The translations under genes were made by a program, and so were the position numbers. Positions 52,472 through 63,152 of a stretch of DNA of 64,000 bases are shown here, piece after piece (within the stretch, counting starts at the first letter, position 1; each line of letters begins with the position of its first letter). Location: the IMG/VR virus record IMGVR_UViG_3300042988_001343, positions 1 through 64,000 of that record; one strand, 5' to 3'. The notes under the pieces were generated by a model, which saw nothing but the letters and a program-made list of their open reading frames with translations, searched no databases and was not told the DNA's origin. This DNA comes from a virus.

Positions 52472-54286
52472 TCATGCAATAACAGTTCTTGCACCGAAAT
52501 ATCTTTGAACACTAGAGTCAGTATTTCTAGGATGTATACGAAGAGTATTTGTAGTATTATTTGTTACAGAGGTAGTAGATTTATTGTTATTATTGACACT
52601 CTGTGTATTATTTTCAGAGTTCTTTAATGTAGATTTATCTGCTTCTTCCTTAGCATGTTCTAGAGCATTAGCCTGACCACCTAATTGATTTACAGTATCA
52701 AGTTTATTTGCTGTGTCATTTGGTTTACTATCAAACATACCAGCATCTTTAGCTGCTAGAGCAGCATCAATACCTATACTTGCTGCTGTTCCTACACCCG
52801 GGATTGTACTGGCAGCCCCTGATGCTAATTCCATACCTGCGCCGGACCAGTCTCCTGACATTGCTCTAGATGCAGCAAATGCACCACCTGCAAGTAATCC
52901 AATAACAGGGATCTTTTTAAGTAGAGATTTACCAACTGCCTTTCCTGCAACATTGGCTGCACTCTTTGCCGCAACTCCCTTAGCTGCAGTACCTGCCACC
53001 TTTGTGCCTGTCTTTTCAGCAGAACCCTTAAACATTGATCCTAACTTAACTGCAAACTCCCTAGTCTTTGCAGCAGTTTTTCCTAGAAGAGTAGGTTTTA
53101 CAAACTGTCCCTTTGCATTTCTAAGTTTACCTGATTTGTCGTATCTAGCAGATAATCCTTGCTTTGTATAGGATCCTATGTTTGTTGCTAATTTTCCAAT
53201 GCCAGAAGCAGCAGGAGCAACTCCTTTAGCTGTCACTGAACCTGTTCCCTTTACAACAGAACCAGCACCACGTGCAACAGTTGATAATCCTCTACCAGCC
53301 ATACGAGCAGCGCCAGTTTGTGCCAACAATCTACCACCATTAAAAATTGCTTTAAACCCACCTGGCAGAGCAGAAGATATTAAATTCATCCAATCTGTCT
53401 TTTTATCATCGGCTTTGTCTTCTACTTCTGGTTTACCTTTTTTACCAGCTTCACCAGATTTGCGAGTATTTTCCTCAATCTTTTTAAGTAGATTAATCAT
53501 GTCGTCACCCTTACGACGACCTTCTACTTTATCCTCATTAGTACCAGGTGAATCTGCACCTGTAGGATTAGATTGTTGAGGTTGAGGCTGTTCTGGTTTA
53601 ACTTGTGGCTTTTCAGCACGATCAACGAGTGCCATCAAAGATTTTGTTAACTCAGAATGTACTTCTGGTTTACTTTCTACTTTCTTTTTACCCTTAAGCC
53701 ATGCATAGATTTTATCTAACCTATCAACAACCTTAGACCAATCTTGCTTCGTATCCTTCTTTTCTACTACATCACGTAGACCCTTCTTTTCGATTGCATC
53801 AGCAACTTTAGGATCAGACTTTACAATTTCTTCTACATTCTTAGCATACGTACTTAATTTACTAATTGTGGCTTTTTGATTGTAGTTTGGCTTCTTTAAA
53901 GCAGCAATGTGTTTATCTGTCTCTGCTTTAATCTTAGCAATAGTTTCCTCTGATAACTTTTTAAACTCTAGCACAGATATTTCTGCAGCCATTAATTCTG
54001 CAGAAATATCACCAGATTCATGTTTAACATTTTGGTTTTCAATAGGTCTATAATTTAGACTATTGTTTTTATCGACCTGTTTATACTTATTTGCAGGTGG
54101 AGTAATTTCCACTGCTGTTGGTTTATCCGGTTGAATCTTGTTAACAGGTTGTACAATCGAATCAAACCCAACTGGTTTCTGTGGAGCATCCAAAGCTAAT
54201 TTAGGACCAGGTTCTATCCTAGGAGTAGAATTGTCATTGTCCTTAGATGAATTAGGATTCGAAGTTGTTGGCTTGTTGTTCTGCAT
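52472..54286 (-). CDS. A/G/K-rich baseplate hub/tape-measure-like protein (gp29-like?)
   Basis: 604 aa, low-complexity AG-rich C-terminal half; size and position by analogy with T4 gp29. Confidence 0.35.
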   Translation of the reverse strand: MQNNKPTTSNPNSSKDNDNSTPRIEPGPKLALDAPQKPVGFDSIVQPVNKIQPDKPTAVEITPPANKYKQVDKNNSLNYRPIENQNVKHESGDISAELMAAEISVLEFKKLSEETIAKIKAETDKHIAALKKPNYNQKATISKLSTYAKNVEEIVKSDPKVADAIEKKGLRDVVEKKDTKQDWSKVVDRLDKIYAWLKGKKKVESKPEVHSELTKSLMALVDRAEKPQVKPEQPQPQQSNPTGADSPGTNEDKVEGRRKGDDMINLLKKIEENTRKSGEAGKKGKPEVEDKADDKKTDWMNLISSALPGGFKAIFNGGRLLAQTGAARMAGRGLSTVARGAGSVVKGTGSVTAKGVAPAASGIGKLATNIGSYTKQGLSARYDKSGKLRNAKGQFVKPTLLGKTAAKTREFAVKLGSMFKGSAEKTGTKVAGTAAKGVAAKSAANVAGKAVGKSLLKKIPVIGLLAGGAFAASRAMSGDWSGAGMELASGAASTIPGVGTAASIGIDAALAAKDAGMFDSKPNDTANKLDTVNQLGGQANALEHAKEEADKSTLKNSENNTQSVNNNNKSTTSVTNNTTNTLRIHPRNTDSSVQRYFGARTVIA

Positions 54287-54433
54287 CTTTTTGTAGTTTC
54301 TTAATTAACATTCCGACATATACTTCCCTCTCCCATGGAATCATTCCCTCTAGTTCTGCTAAAGAATACTTATGGTCTTGCATAAGAATAAAGTTAATCT
54401 TATAGTAATCGTAGAGGGTTTCTTGGGAAAGGG

Positions 54434-55126
54434 TTATACGAAAAAATTTTCTAAGCCCTCTAGTTTTACTTCGTTAGAAGCACCACATGCAGGACATGAA
54501 GAAGTTACTTTATATACTAATTTTGGTAGACAGGTGAAGAATACGTCAATCTTGTCAATCTGGATCTGTGTTAGATTTTCTAGGAAATACTTTACATCTT
54601 CTTTGCTTTGTTCGGCAACATCAAATACATCCTCACCAGAAATAATCTGTTCCATACATGCAGAAATAACATCAAATACTAAGTCCTCAGATTCTACATT
54701 CAGAGAGTTACTTAGAGTAATCTTTGGTTGTTTCATCTTAACCCAAAGCTGAGAATCTAACTGGATTAATGGATCGATTGCTGTACCATGATCTACTACA
54801 ACATTCTCTAGGTTAAGCATCAGATTATTGACCTTGCCGCAACCACATTCATGAGTTACTTCTAGACCTTCGCCCATTGACTTGTTACGAATCTTTAAGA
54901 ATAACCATTCAACATCAACCTGGCATAATTTATCAGGATTAACTGTACCATCTGTGCATGCTGAGATAAGTTCAAATATAACATTCAAAATTGAAGCTGT
55001 CTGACCTTCTTCTAGAGCAAGCAATAGTACTTTTTCCTCTTTTACAACAAACGGTCTGAATTTAACTTTAGTTCCTGATATTGGTAAAACTGTTTCATAG
55101 GAAGGAACATTCATTACAATTTTCAT
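54434..55126 (-). CDS. baseplate/tail module protein with C-terminal zinc ribbon
   Basis: 230 aa; HECGCG...CPACG. Confidence 0.35.
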   Translation of the reverse strand: MKIVMNVPSYETVLPISGTKVKFRPFVVKEEKVLLLALEEGQTASILNVIFELISACTDGTVNPDKLCQVDVEWLFLKIRNKSMGEGLEVTHECGCGKVNNLMLNLENVVVDHGTAIDPLIQLDSQLWVKMKQPKITLSNSLNVESEDLVFDVISACMEQIISGEDVFDVAEQSKEDVKYFLENLTQIQIDKIDVFFTCLPKLVYKVTSSCPACGASNEVKLEGLENFFV

Positions 55127-55135
55127 AATATACCT

Positions 55136-55891
55136 TTAGAATAATGATTTAAGTGAACTAAGCTGCCCTTGTAGTGGTAACTTAGGAATAACATTTTTAA
55201 TAGAAGAAACCATACCAGTCAATTTATCTTTGGCTAGAGTAAACTTAGATGCTGCTGCTGGATCCACTTGTTGAACGGTATCCCAGTTTAATGGTGCAAC
55301 ACAAGTATTATCTAATCCAGAATAAGCATTCATTAACTTACTTGGATCTGGTAAAGGAGGTGTAACAGTATTGTCTGTATGTTCTACTGTGTAATACTCA
55401 TAAGTAAAAGACAATCTAAGAGCTTGTACTTGATTCTTTGCGGACCAATCAAGGTTCATTGAGTATTGCCCCTTGAGTACACAATTTTTGAATCGATATG
55501 TTGCAACTATTGACTGATTGTCAATATCAAACATTACGATGGAAATGTCCTCAATAATATAGTTATCATAAAATACAGGACTAAAATTTGTCTTGTTAAA
55601 CTGTAATAGACTAGAGATTGATTTCTGCAATCTAAAGTTCTTGTCCATGTAACAAGTAAGATCCATTGGTTCGTATGCTAATTCGTATGGTACCTCGAAT
55701 GATGTACCATAAATCTTACTAGGTGCAGATAATACTGAAATCCCCGGTATGTTAACATTGTGACATAACAAAGAAAACATAGGTTCATTTAGCTTGGTGA
55801 TGATTACCTCAAAAAGGAAAGGCTTAGCTAATTGAAACTTATGTCTCGGACTTTGTAATTCATTTAAAAATTTTCCCAAACTCATTTTCAA
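55136..55891 (-). CDS. baseplate/tail module protein
   Basis: 251 aa ORF within structural operon. Confidence 0.35.
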   Translation of the reverse strand: MKMSLGKFLNELQSPRHKFQLAKPFLFEVIITKLNEPMFSLLCHNVNIPGISVLSAPSKIYGTSFEVPYELAYEPMDLTCYMDKNFRLQKSISSLLQFNKTNFSPVFYDNYIIEDISIVMFDIDNQSIVATYRFKNCVLKGQYSMNLDWSAKNQVQALRLSFTYEYYTVEHTDNTVTPPLPDPSKLMNAYSGLDNTCVAPLNWDTVQQVDPAAASKFTLAKDKLTGMVSSIKNVIPKLPLQGQLSSLKSLF

Positions 55892-56481
55892 CCCCTACCT
55901 ATTTTCCAAATTTCTGAAGTACTTGCACCCTTGAATTTTTCACAAGGTAACATTACAGCCATTACCCAATTATTAGGATCAACACACATAAATCTACTCT
56001 TTACATGACCTATGTGGTATTTCTTTACACAATGCATAATCCCTGGGAACTTAGCTGCATTATTCAATAACTTCCAATTTAACTTTAATTTTGTCTTACT
56101 ATCTGTTGCTGGACTACCTGAAATTTCCATCAACTTATTTAATAACTCGAACCGCATCTTAGGCTCTAAGTAGTGTAGATTGATTCCTGTAAAGTACTTA
56201 CCAGAACTTGAAATTGGGAATATTAGTGGGAAGTTATCATAATAAGGCAGTGTATCTTTTCCTATAGGATCATATGTAAAGAAGTACATAGAACCTATAT
56301 CTACTGAATTTGATTGTCTTTTTAAATCTTGGCCCAACACATCGTACATGCTAGCTGAGGATTGATTAAAGAGTGATTTAACTTGGTCATCAAACCATTT
56401 CCAAGAATTTTTCGGATTGTACTTTGGATCATTCGATATCTTGGAATATAAATCACTAATTTTTCTTGGTTGCTCACTCAT
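55888..56481 (-). CDS. structural-module protein
   Basis: 197 aa ORF, overlapping stop/start. Confidence 0.35.
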   Translation of the reverse strand: MSEQPRKISDLYSKISNDPKYNPKNSWKWFDDQVKSLFNQSSASMYDVLGQDLKRQSNSVDIGSMYFFTYDPIGKDTLPYYDNFPLIFPISSSGKYFTGINLHYLEPKMRFELLNKLMEISGSPATDSKTKLKLNWKLLNNAAKFPGIMHCVKKYHIGHVKSRFMCVDPNNWVMAVMLPCEKFKGASTSEIWKIGRG

Positions 56482-56924
56482 TTTTTAATACCTAAATGTT
56501 TCTCTGTCAATATAAGAAAATCAAACCCATTTTTATCACACCATGCTTTTGCTGCATTCCATTTTGCAGAATTTACCAAGTACGTACTAACCTCTGTAAG
56601 ATACCTTTTCTTGTTTTGATTTTTCTGTACTGGTTGTTGTGTCTGTGCTTCTGGTTTTACCTCAACTATTGCTTTTTTGATAGCACCGGATTTAGTCCTA
56701 TACTGCACAACAAAGTCAGTAAAATACCTATGTGGTTTATCATCCAAAGGACTAATGTAAGGAATAACTACTTCTTCTGAACCATAATAAAGTATGGATG
56801 GTGTGTTGTCTAGGAACTCTAACAACTTGCGTTCCCAGCTAGATCTGTATACTATATTTTTTACATCGCCAACATACTTCTGTGGATTCTTTGGTGTAAA
56901 TTTTCCTTGAATGTACTTTGGCAT
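56478..56924 (-). CDS. structural-module protein (size and position match a gp4-like head completion protein)
   Basis: 148 aa; T4 gp4 is ~150 aa and lies next to gene 53/5. Confidence 0.3.
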   Translation of the reverse strand: MPKYIQGKFTPKNPQKYVGDVKNIVYRSSWERKLLEFLDNTPSILYYGSEEVVIPYISPLDDKPHRYFTDFVVQYRTKSGAIKKAIVEVKPEAQTQQPVQKNQNKKRYLTEVSTYLVNSAKWNAAKAWCDKNGFDFLILTEKHLGIKK

Positions 56925-56971
56925 CAGTGATTAAATATAGATTATTGTAATTACATATTTAATCAAAGACC

Positions 56972-58291
56972 ATGATATCACTAGCAGATTTAAACAAATT
57001 TGACCCTGCAGAACTAAAGAATATTGTTTCTCCTGCAAGTTACGAGAATATGTTGAACTCTATTCCAAAGAATACTGTTTCCTCATTCTCCAGTGTCATT
57101 TCCTCAGATAAATTAGGAATGTTGAAAACATCAGCAGGGGATGTTATTGGTAACGTAGTACCTCAGGGAGTCAATCTACAAAGTTCAGTTTCTACTATTA
57201 GAAACAGTACAGATAATCAAAAATCTACTCTAATAAGTAACACTGAAGTAAAAGAAGAAAAAGATGCTTCTGCTCTATTTTCAGAGTATAATACATCTAC
57301 ACTAAGTTATCCAGCTACTTTATTAGGAACAGATAGATATCCACACTTCGTAATATTTTATTTCAATGTCAATAGTAAGTCAAAACTAGCACAAGATAGT
57401 AATAATGTAAAAGAGATCGATACAAGAAGATCAGCTCAACAAGGAGTATCTGGTAATAACATGGCTAGACCTGAATCTAGTTATGAGCCAAAAGTAATTA
57501 ATGCAAATGACAGTGTAGTAGATAAGATAACAAAGGGTGTGCAGAATACTACAGGTGAAACTCTAGATGCAGTTAAGAAAACTTTTTCATCTAGCAGAAA
57601 AAGACTAAAGAAGGCAATTGCACTATACATGCCAAAGGATTTGAATTTTTCACACAATGCTGCATACAATGATTATAATCTACCACCTCTAGTTGGTGCT
57701 GTTATGGATGATCTTTTTGCAGGCCAATATAAAGAAGCAGGAGTGACAGCAGGTAAAGCTATGGTCCAGAATTCCATGGGGGCTGCTGTAACAACAGTTG
57801 GTGGTATTGCATCTGCTATAACAAGGGATTCCTCAATTTCTAATGCATCACAGGATATGAGTAGAGTTCTACGTAACATGTCAGGTCTAGCTTTCAATAA
57901 TAGACGTGAACAAATGTTTGAGGAAATTGGATTTAGGGAATATCAATTTACTTATGTTATGATTCCTAGAAATCAACCTGAAGCAGATAACATTGCAAAT
58001 ATCGTAAAAGAATTTAAGTATCATATGCACCCAAGTCTACCTACAGATGGTAATAAATCCTTCTTGGTATTGCCTGCTGAAGTAGATATTGAGTTTAGAT
58101 ACAAAGACAAAGAAAATGAAAACATTTCTAAAATTGCTACTTGTGTAATTACTAATTTTAGTGTTAACTATACTCCACTTGGACAATTCATTGCGTATGA
58201 TGGTACAGGTATTCCACAAGCAACAGTAATTACTTTGACTCTTAAAGAAACAGAACCAATGGTTGCTGATATGGTAGAAAGAGGTTTCTAA
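56972..58291 (+). CDS. baseplate tail-tube-associated protein (gp48/gp54-like?)
   Basis: 439 aa; position upstream of gp53/gp5. Confidence 0.35.
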   Translation: MISLADLNKFDPAELKNIVSPASYENMLNSIPKNTVSSFSSVISSDKLGMLKTSAGDVIGNVVPQGVNLQSSVSTIRNSTDNQKSTLISNTEVKEEKDASALFSEYNTSTLSYPATLLGTDRYPHFVIFYFNVNSKSKLAQDSNNVKEIDTRRSAQQGVSGNNMARPESSYEPKVINANDSVVDKITKGVQNTTGETLDAVKKTFSSSRKRLKKAIALYMPKDLNFSHNAAYNDYNLPPLVGAVMDDLFAGQYKEAGVTAGKAMVQNSMGAAVTTVGGIASAITRDSSISNASQDMSRVLRNMSGLAFNNRREQMFEEIGFREYQFTYVMIPRNQPEADNIANIVKEFKYHMHPSLPTDGNKSFLVLPAEVDIEFRYKDKENENISKIATCVITNFSVNYTPLGQFIAYDGTGIPQATVITLTLKETEPMVADMVERGF

Positions 58292-58902
58292 TGTACTTTG
58301 GTCATTTTAACAATTTAAAATACGACTTCTCTTTTGATAACTCAAGTCTTGTAGATAAAGTACAAGATTTAATGACTCGTGTTAACATGAAGATTACAGA
58401 ATCCGAAAAGAGGATTATGTGTAATGACTATCATGTTAAGAGTGGAGAAAGACCAGAAACTATAGCTTTTAATATGTATAAAAATCCAGAATTACATTGG
58501 ACTATTTTATACATTAATGGAATAGTTAATCCTTACTCAGAATGGTATATGGATGAATTGTCCTTTGAACAATATGTTAGAAGTAAATATGCAGAGGAAG
58601 ATTTATATAAAGTACATCACTGGGAAACTAATCCTCATGGATTTATAGTTGATGCTCCAAAGTCATTAACAATAAGTGAGTTGGGTGTTAATGTTGCTAG
58701 TATGATTAATGTTAATACTGCATTATACAATAAATTAAAGTTGGAATATGGTGTTACTTCATCTAATCAATTAACTGTTATTCCAGTAAGTAACTATGAG
58801 CATGAAACAGATTTAAATGAAAATAAGCGCTTTATTAAGTTAATTAAACCAGAATATATTGGTGATTTTGTTGCTAGATTTAAATCGGAGCTAATTAAGT
58901 GA
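58291..58902 (+). CDS. 53: baseplate wedge protein gp53
   Basis: AFNMYKNPELHWTILYINGIVNPYSEWY resembles T4 gp53 NPQLYWVLLMCNDNYDPYYGW; ~200 aa. Confidence 0.55.
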   Translation: MYFGHFNNLKYDFSFDNSSLVDKVQDLMTRVNMKITESEKRIMCNDYHVKSGERPETIAFNMYKNPELHWTILYINGIVNPYSEWYMDELSFEQYVRSKYAEEDLYKVHHWETNPHGFIVDAPKSLTISELGVNVASMINVNTALYNKLKLEYGVTSSNQLTVIPVSNYEHETDLNENKRFIKLIKPEYIGDFVARFKSELIK

Positions 58903-60182
58903 GTGAACCGGGTGTTAGCAGAGCAGGTGAGATACGAATCCATGCTCTAGAGTTAATGACTGCTGATTTAAAAAGTAAAACTAATATTTTAGCATTAATG
59001 TTGGAAATAGACTTATATGAGGATATTTTCTCCCATATTATGTCTGGATCCATTTACTTATCGGATGGTTTTAGTTTAAAATCTAAATTACCTATGATGG
59101 GAGAGGAACTATTATATCTAGAATATTCCTCACCATTTAATCCTGATAAAATTATAAAACAGTTATTTTATGTTTGTAAAATATCAGATGTAGTATCTGC
59201 AGATAAGTTTGAGAGTTACCATTTACATTTTATGTCCATAGAAGCTTCAAGAGATATTGGATATAAAATAAGTCAAGCATATTCTGGTAAAGCAGATAGA
59301 ATCATTAGGGATATATTCAGAGATAACTTCACTGGACATGATAAACCTTTAGTAGTTTATGAGCCAAGTAATAGTATTTCGTTTGTAAGTAATTTCTGGA
59401 GTCCATTTAAAGCCATTAATTATGCAACAAGTATGTCTTTGGATAATCAAAAGAATCCAATGCCATCCTATCTCTTTTATGAAGATACAGAACAATTTAA
59501 TTTTGTTTCTTTGAATACTCTTTATAGTCAAGCACCTGTTGCAGAATTTAATTATAATAGGGCAGACCCTAAACGAGAAGAATCTGAATTAGGTAGTACA
59601 AGAGATTTAAATGCTGAATATTCAGCCATTAAAAAGATGTATGTTGATGTACATGCTGATTTTATTCAGAGAGTAATGGACGGCATATATAAATCTAAAG
59701 TTTATGAATACGATCTATTACGTAGAAACTTAAAGAAAAATACATATAGTTATTTTGATAACTTTGATAAGGTAAGTCACTTAGAAACTTATCCTATGCA
59801 GTATGAAAATACAAGAAATCATACCGGAGTTATTGATTATAAAATAACATATCCATATAGACATGCTTCAAGTAAAGAAGATAAGGCTGCATTTATTTTA
59901 GCTAATAGACCAGGTATTTTAGGTGCTAGTACAATGTTTAGATTGGATATTGTTGTTAATGGTAGATCAGACATTAAAGTAGGACAAGTAGTTAATGTTA
60001 ACATGATTAAGTATGAAACTAAAGACGATACTGATCTAAAGTCATTAGATCCATACTTAAGTGGAAAATACTTAATATCTGCCATACAACATCGTATTAC
60101 ATCTAGTTCCCATGAAATGGTTATGCAATTATATAAAGAATCATATGGAAGTAAGATTGAGTTGAATAAGGACAAACAATGA
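58899..60182 (+). CDS. baseplate hub protein (gp27-like?)
   Basis: 427 aa directly upstream of and overlapping gp5 start. Confidence 0.4.
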   Translation: MSEPGVSRAGEIRIHALELMTADLKSKTNILALMLEIDLYEDIFSHIMSGSIYLSDGFSLKSKLPMMGEELLYLEYSSPFNPDKIIKQLFYVCKISDVVSADKFESYHLHFMSIEASRDIGYKISQAYSGKADRIIRDIFRDNFTGHDKPLVVYEPSNSISFVSNFWSPFKAINYATSMSLDNQKNPMPSYLFYEDTEQFNFVSLNTLYSQAPVAEFNYNRADPKREESELGSTRDLNAEYSAIKKMYVDVHADFIQRVMDGIYKSKVYEYDLLRRNLKKNTYSYFDNFDKVSHLETYPMQYENTRNHTGVIDYKITYPYRHASSKEDKAAFILANRPGILGASTMFRLDIVVNGRSDIKVGQVVNVNMIKYETKDDTDLKSLDPYLSGKYLISAIQHRITSSSHEMVMQLYKESYGSKIELNKDKQ

Positions 60183-62623
60183 GTGCATTGAATACTAGAT
60201 ATTATGTTGGTGTTGTAGAGGACCGGCGAGATCCTCTAATGTTAGGTAGATGTAAGGTTAGAGTTGTTGGTATCCATACTGATAATAAAACTGCTCTACC
60301 ATCAGCATCACTCCCATGGGCTGTGCCAATGCAACCAATCACTAGTGCTGCTAATAGTGGTATTGGTCATGCACCTGTAGGTCCAATCGAAGGAACAACT
60401 GTAATCATTCAGTTCCTAGATGAACATGGTCAGATTCCTATGATGTTAGGAACTATTGCTGGGGTTCCAGGGATTTCAAATGTTGATGATGTAGATTCAT
60501 TCTCCCCAGCAGAAGATCAATTAGCAATCAGTGATCAGGCTGCAGCTGATACAAGCACAGAAAGTACTAGCACCCCTACTGAACAACCTACCACTGCTAC
60601 TGAAACCACGGGTGAGAAATATCTTGGTTCATTGACAAAAGAACAATACGACAAGATGAAGGAAGCCATAGGTAAGAAAGAATCTGGTGGTAACTATGGT
60701 GCAGTTGGTGGTTCTGGTGGTGCATATTGTGGAAAATATCAATTTGGCATAGCACCACTTGAGGATTTAGGATACATCAAAAGAGGTACTTATAAAACAT
60801 ATACTGGTAAAGCAACCACATGGGACTTACCAGATATATGGACAGGCAAGGATGGTATTTCCAGTAAGAGTTCATTCTTGAGTAATACTACTGCTCAAGA
60901 AATTATAATGGACAAATACATCAAGAGAAATTACATTGCTTGTCAATTCAACGGTAAAGAGATTCCAGAGAAGTTAGCAGGACTATTGGCAGTTGCTCAC
61001 AATCAGGGATCTGGATCTATTAAGAAGTTCTTAGCAGGTCAGACTACTGCAGACGGTTTTGGCACAACAAACATGGCATATTACTCTCTAGTATATGCAG
61101 CAGTTTGTGGTCATAAAACCAACGAACCACCAACAAAAGAAAATATCTACGAGACTGCAATCGATAAAGGTTCACCTACTGCTAATGCAAAAGATAATAC
61201 AAAATATGATGTATCTAAAGCACCGGTAGCACAAAAGAAAGCTGTTGCTCAGGCAGAAGCTGCAGCAAAGGGATTCGCTGATCCAAATGGTAAGTATCCA
61301 CTAAAGGATTTCTTAGGTGAACAAGATACACCTAGACTCTCTAGGTCACAAAGACTAAGCAGAACCATTATTGGTGAAAAAGAAGCAGATATGACAACCG
61401 GTATACCTATTGCCGGCAATAATGTTATGTGGGATCAGCCGCCATCTGCTTACGGTGCTAAGTATCCATTCAACCATGTATATTCTTCTGAATCAGGTCA
61501 TGTATTAGAATTTGATGATACACCAGAAGCAGAAAGAATTAACTTACATCATACTACCGGTACTTTCTTTGAAATGTATCCTGACGGCTCATTGGTTGCT
61601 AAGACTGTCGGTACACACATTCAGATTATTGAGCAAGATGGATTATTCTACATTGGCGGATCGGGTCACTTAACTGTATATGGTGATTTATCTATCAATG
61701 TTGTAGGACAGTGTAATATTGATGTTTCTGGTGATGCATCAGTTAAGGTAAGTGGTAATGGATATGTTGATGTTGCAGGTAACCTAAATCAAAAGGTTGG
61801 TGGTGCTTATAACATTGAATGTGCTTCCATGAGTGTTAAATCTGGTGGTAATATTGCGCTGGATGGTTCAGAAATCCACATGAATGATGGATCCTCTGTA
61901 GCTACAACTCCTGCACCAACTTATGCTCCTACTATTACATTACCAGAAATAGTATCCAGAGATGATCGTGAAGCAATGATTTTGGAAAATACACCACAAG
62001 GCGAGGCAACAGCTAAACATACGGAGACTCCACCAATGACACAAACTCCAGCACCTTCTAATGAAACTCCACCAGCAGATACACCAACAGTTTCTACTAC
62101 ATGTGACTTCGTTTCAGTAGATGAAAATACACAGCTATCTGGTAGCTATAAGATCAAAGACCTATGTAAAGATGGTCCATTCCCAGTCGGTAAAGGTCAG
62201 CATGGTATTTCAGACAAAGAATTAGCATGTAATCTAAAGCAATTATGTTTGAATATTCTAGAGCCATTAAAAGCTAAGTATGGTGCACTAGGATTTAAAG
62301 TCAATAGTGGATTTAGACCTGCTGGTGGTAATATATCACATGCTAGTTCTGGTAAGATTTCACAGCATGAAAAGGGCATGGCAGCAGATATCTCCTTCTC
62401 TGCAGTTAGAGGTAAACCAGGTGACCGTAAGAAGTTCTATGAATTAGCTCAAGAGATTAAGGACTTGGTTCCATTCGATCAGATGTTACTTGAATATACT
62501 GACAAGGGTTCAGTATGGATCCACCTATCATATAATCCAGCCGGTAGAAGAACTGACTCTACAAGACTAATGACATTCAATAATCACAAGAGTATCGGTA
62601 ACGGTCTAATTTTGAGAGAATAA
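60179..62623 (+). CDS. 5: baseplate central hub/cell-puncturing protein gp5: OB domain, transglycosylase-like domain, gp5 C-domain beta-helix, C-terminal M15-like peptidase domain
   Basis: N-term YYVGVVEDRRDPLMLGRCKVRVVG...LPWAVPMQPITSAANSGIG matches T4 gp5; ESGGNYGAVGGSGGAYCGKYQFG; SESGHVLEFDDTPEAERINLHH; SGFRPAGGNISHASSGKISQHEKGMAADI. Confidence 0.75.
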   Translation: MSALNTRYYVGVVEDRRDPLMLGRCKVRVVGIHTDNKTALPSASLPWAVPMQPITSAANSGIGHAPVGPIEGTTVIIQFLDEHGQIPMMLGTIAGVPGISNVDDVDSFSPAEDQLAISDQAAADTSTESTSTPTEQPTTATETTGEKYLGSLTKEQYDKMKEAIGKKESGGNYGAVGGSGGAYCGKYQFGIAPLEDLGYIKRGTYKTYTGKATTWDLPDIWTGKDGISSKSSFLSNTTAQEIIMDKYIKRNYIACQFNGKEIPEKLAGLLAVAHNQGSGSIKKFLAGQTTADGFGTTNMAYYSLVYAAVCGHKTNEPPTKENIYETAIDKGSPTANAKDNTKYDVSKAPVAQKKAVAQAEAAAKGFADPNGKYPLKDFLGEQDTPRLSRSQRLSRTIIGEKEADMTTGIPIAGNNVMWDQPPSAYGAKYPFNHVYSSESGHVLEFDDTPEAERINLHHTTGTFFEMYPDGSLVAKTVGTHIQIIEQDGLFYIGGSGHLTVYGDLSINVVGQCNIDVSGDASVKVSGNGYVDVAGNLNQKVGGAYNIECASMSVKSGGNIALDGSEIHMNDGSSVATTPAPTYAPTITLPEIVSRDDREAMILENTPQGEATAKHTETPPMTQTPAPSNETPPADTPTVSTTCDFVSVDENTQLSGSYKIKDLCKDGPFPVGKGQHGISDKELACNLKQLCLNILEPLKAKYGALGFKVNSGFRPAGGNISHASSGKISQHEKGMAADISFSAVRGKPGDRKKFYELAQEIKDLVPFDQMLLEYTDKGSVWIHLSYNPAGRRTDSTRLMTFNNHKSIGNGLILRE

Positions 62624-62624
62624 T

Positions 62625-63152
62625 ATGTTTGCTACTTTGACACCAACAATAATCAATAAAGTTGAAGGAGAATTACTCTCCGAGACTGTTACTGTTACTA
62701 TAGAATCAGAATTGACTGATGAAGAAGGTGCTGTTTATCCAACACCTACTGTCACTTCAGTTGTTCCTACAGGGGATGCACCACCAATCGATTTTACTAT
62801 TTCTGGTGCTTCATTTACTCTTGCAGGGATACTTGAGGGAGTCTTTGATGTATCTTTTCATTACTTAGATAGTAACCACGAGAAGCAGATGGTTAGAAAT
62901 TCCTCTAAGATTCCTGATGATGCATACACACTCTATAAGTATTCACCACCACCAGTAAATGTAAAAGATGTGTACTATCAAGTAAATTACACATTAGAGT
63001 ATCCAAGTGGTAATCCTACTATTGGCACATCTGGTTCAGTACTATTGCAGATACATGCTACTTATAATTGGCAACTTGGGTCATTGGCATTTACTAATGC
63101 ATTGGCTAAGACAACCTTAACCAAACAAGCTATTGCTTCTGGGAGAGTATAA
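62625..63152 (+). CDS. hypothetical baseplate-associated protein (gp5.1 position)
   Basis: 175 aa ORF. Confidence 0.45.
   Translation: MFATLTPTIINKVEGELLSETVTVTIESELTDEEGAVYPTPTVTSVVPTGDAPPIDFTISGASFTLAGILEGVFDVSFHYLDSNHEKQMVRNSSKIPDDAYTLYKYSPPPVNVKDVYYQVNYTLEYPSGNPTIGTSGSVLLQIHATYNWQLGSLAFTNALAKTTLTKQAIASGRV

Noticed and set aside
52713-53579. Plus-strand ORFs rich in Ala/Pro/Leu within 52.7-53.6 kb
   Set aside because: They are reverse-frame artefacts of the A/G/K-rich minus-strand structural gene (52472-54286).
56925-56971. Divergent late promoters between the minus and plus structural operons
   Set aside because: No exact TATAAATA was found, only ttaaatat-like sequences. Too weak to annotate.
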